Shown here: positions 62,998 to 64,000 of the stretch, in pieces | Position numbering within the stretch: the first letter of the stretch is position 1 | Layout: each line of letters starts with the position of its first letter | From: a virus | Lineage: Duplodnaviria > Caudoviricetes | Reading direction: 5' to 3' (one strand) | Virus record (IMG/VR): IMGVR_UViG_3300005326_000040 | Location: 160,001-224,000 of that record | DNA: 64,000 nt | Program-made: the position numbers and the translations under genes | The notes under the pieces: model-generated | The model's database searches: none | What the model saw: the letters and a program-made list of their open reading frames with translations, nothing else | What the model was told of the DNA's origin: nothing

Positions 62998-64000
62998 TTG
63001 CCAATTACACCAACAGAACAAAGCGGTCCAAAAAATGTTTTGGAGCAGTTGCAGCGGTTTGGACCACCAGCGTCTGCTGAGGAATGCCTTGATAGTATTT
63101 TTGAACAAGTGTTGCCGTATTTCAACTCAGCCATTGATTGGAAAGCCCGGAAGATTATCAATTTATCTGATTCGACGTGTCAAAAGAACGACAGTTCAAT
63201 CTTTCATCGGGCGCTGGTTGCAAAAGCTAGGTTAGCATTAAAAGAAGGTTTGCGTATCTATTTGTTTAGAACGCAGGGTTGGAAGAACAAGGTTCCTATT
63301 GATACGTATCTGTTTAAAGTTCTTTGCAATTTTGAGTTTATGGAAATTAGAGACAACTCTATTTATCCAAAAATAAATCGGTTTGTATGTTTATCATGCA
63401 AAGAATTTCAACTTCGAGAAGAACTGCTTGAATTTTCTGAGGGTTTAAATTGCCCGACATGTGTAAATTTTATTGCTGATTGCGATTCAAACCCCTCACT
63501 AAAAGTAGCGTTTCAGAGCAGATATAGGCTATCAAAACTGCTTCTAGGTCACTCTAGAGGCGGGGTAAGATGTCCTAGATGTCAGCGTTTTGTCCCGGTG
63601 TCACTGCGGGATAATGAAGGAAAACTGACTTGCCCATATGAAAAGTGCGGAGAAGATTGTTCTTCAATTGCGGAAAAAGTAAGTCATCCCGTTGGTTTAT
63701 TCAATGTTGATTTGGTGAGCTTGGAAAATAAAGAAGGAGTATCTAAGTCCGCAACTGCTCCTAATATGATTAAGGCTCAAGACCGTCTTCGTTGCCGCAG
63801 TAAAAGCGTTGAGATGTCGTTAGAATGTTTGGATGCGGCAAAAAAGTCTGCCGATCAAATCAAGCAAATTATAGAGAAGCAAAAAGCTGTGAATGGTTCT
63901 ACAAGAGCGGCGCCTAATAAGAAAGTTATGTATGATTCCATTCATAATGTTCTTGATAAGTATCCTCTTGAAGCTGTGAATTTCCTTACTAGGAAAACAA
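62998..64000 (+). CDS. multi-Zn-ribbon protein, 3'-truncated (not in ORF track)
   Basis: AAGGAG RBS, TTG start, frame open to window end: LPITPTEQ...CLSC..CPTC..CPRC..CPYEKC. Confidence 0.8.
   Translation, partial: MPITPTEQSGPKNVLEQLQRFGPPASAEECLDSIFEQVLPYFNSAIDWKARKIINLSDSTCQKNDSSIFHRALVAKARLALKEGLRIYLFRTQGWKNKVPIDTYLFKVLCNFEFMEIRDNSIYPKINRFVCLSCKEFQLREELLEFSEGLNCPTCVNFIADCDSNPSLKVAFQSRYRLSKLLLGHSRGGVRCPRCQRFVPVSLRDNEGKLTCPYEKCGEDCSSIAEKVSHPVGLFNVDLVSLENKEGVSKSATAPNMIKAQDRLRCRSKSVEMSLECLDAAKKSADQIKQIIEKQKAVNGSTRAAPNKKVMYDSIHNVLDKYPLEAVNFLTRKT

Noticed and set aside
1-64000. Alternative genetic code (stop-codon recoding)
   Set aside because: Recognisable genes are full length in code 11, and TAA, TAG and TGA all end genes at tight junctions
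1-64000. Prophage, integrative element or bacterial chromosome
   Set aside because: No integrase, att site, transposase, rRNA or housekeeping operon; gene density and cargo fit a large lytic phage

Overview
This 64-kb window looks like part of a large (jumbo/huge) tailed-phage genome using the standard genetic code. It holds more than 100 tightly packed, mostly plus-strand and mostly hypothetical genes, with no rRNA, core bacterial operons, integrase, CRISPR array or reverse transcriptase. Recognisable cargo: a tRNA cluster (Leu-CAA interrupted by a complete 294-nt group I intron, Arg-CCT, a remodelled fMet-type Met-CAT, Gln-CTG, a non-canonical tRNA-like element, Ile-TAT); host-takeover factors (sigma70-family factor, DksA/TraR, IF-1, HU/IHF, ClpP, Hsp20); RNA-repair-type enzymes (RNA ligase, P-loop kinase, metallophosphoesterase); FtsK next to a MoxR-type AAA ATPase and a vWA/metallopeptidase; two GT2 glycosyltransferases; three HNH genes; DUF932, NRDE and C1 peptidase genes. 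Most notable: the intron-bearing tRNA, a four-way-junction ncRNA at 28466-28610, the atypical initiator tRNA and tRNA mimic, nine dispersed DUF3846-like paralogs, a winged-helix/AT-hook paralog family, a tandem PemK/MazF-like protein, an ART-fold protein, a stand-alone anticodon-binding-like OB domain and a candidate late-promoter motif. Cys-rich lipoproteins hint at a myxobacterial host (inference). All family assignments come from reading motifs by eye; no database search was run.
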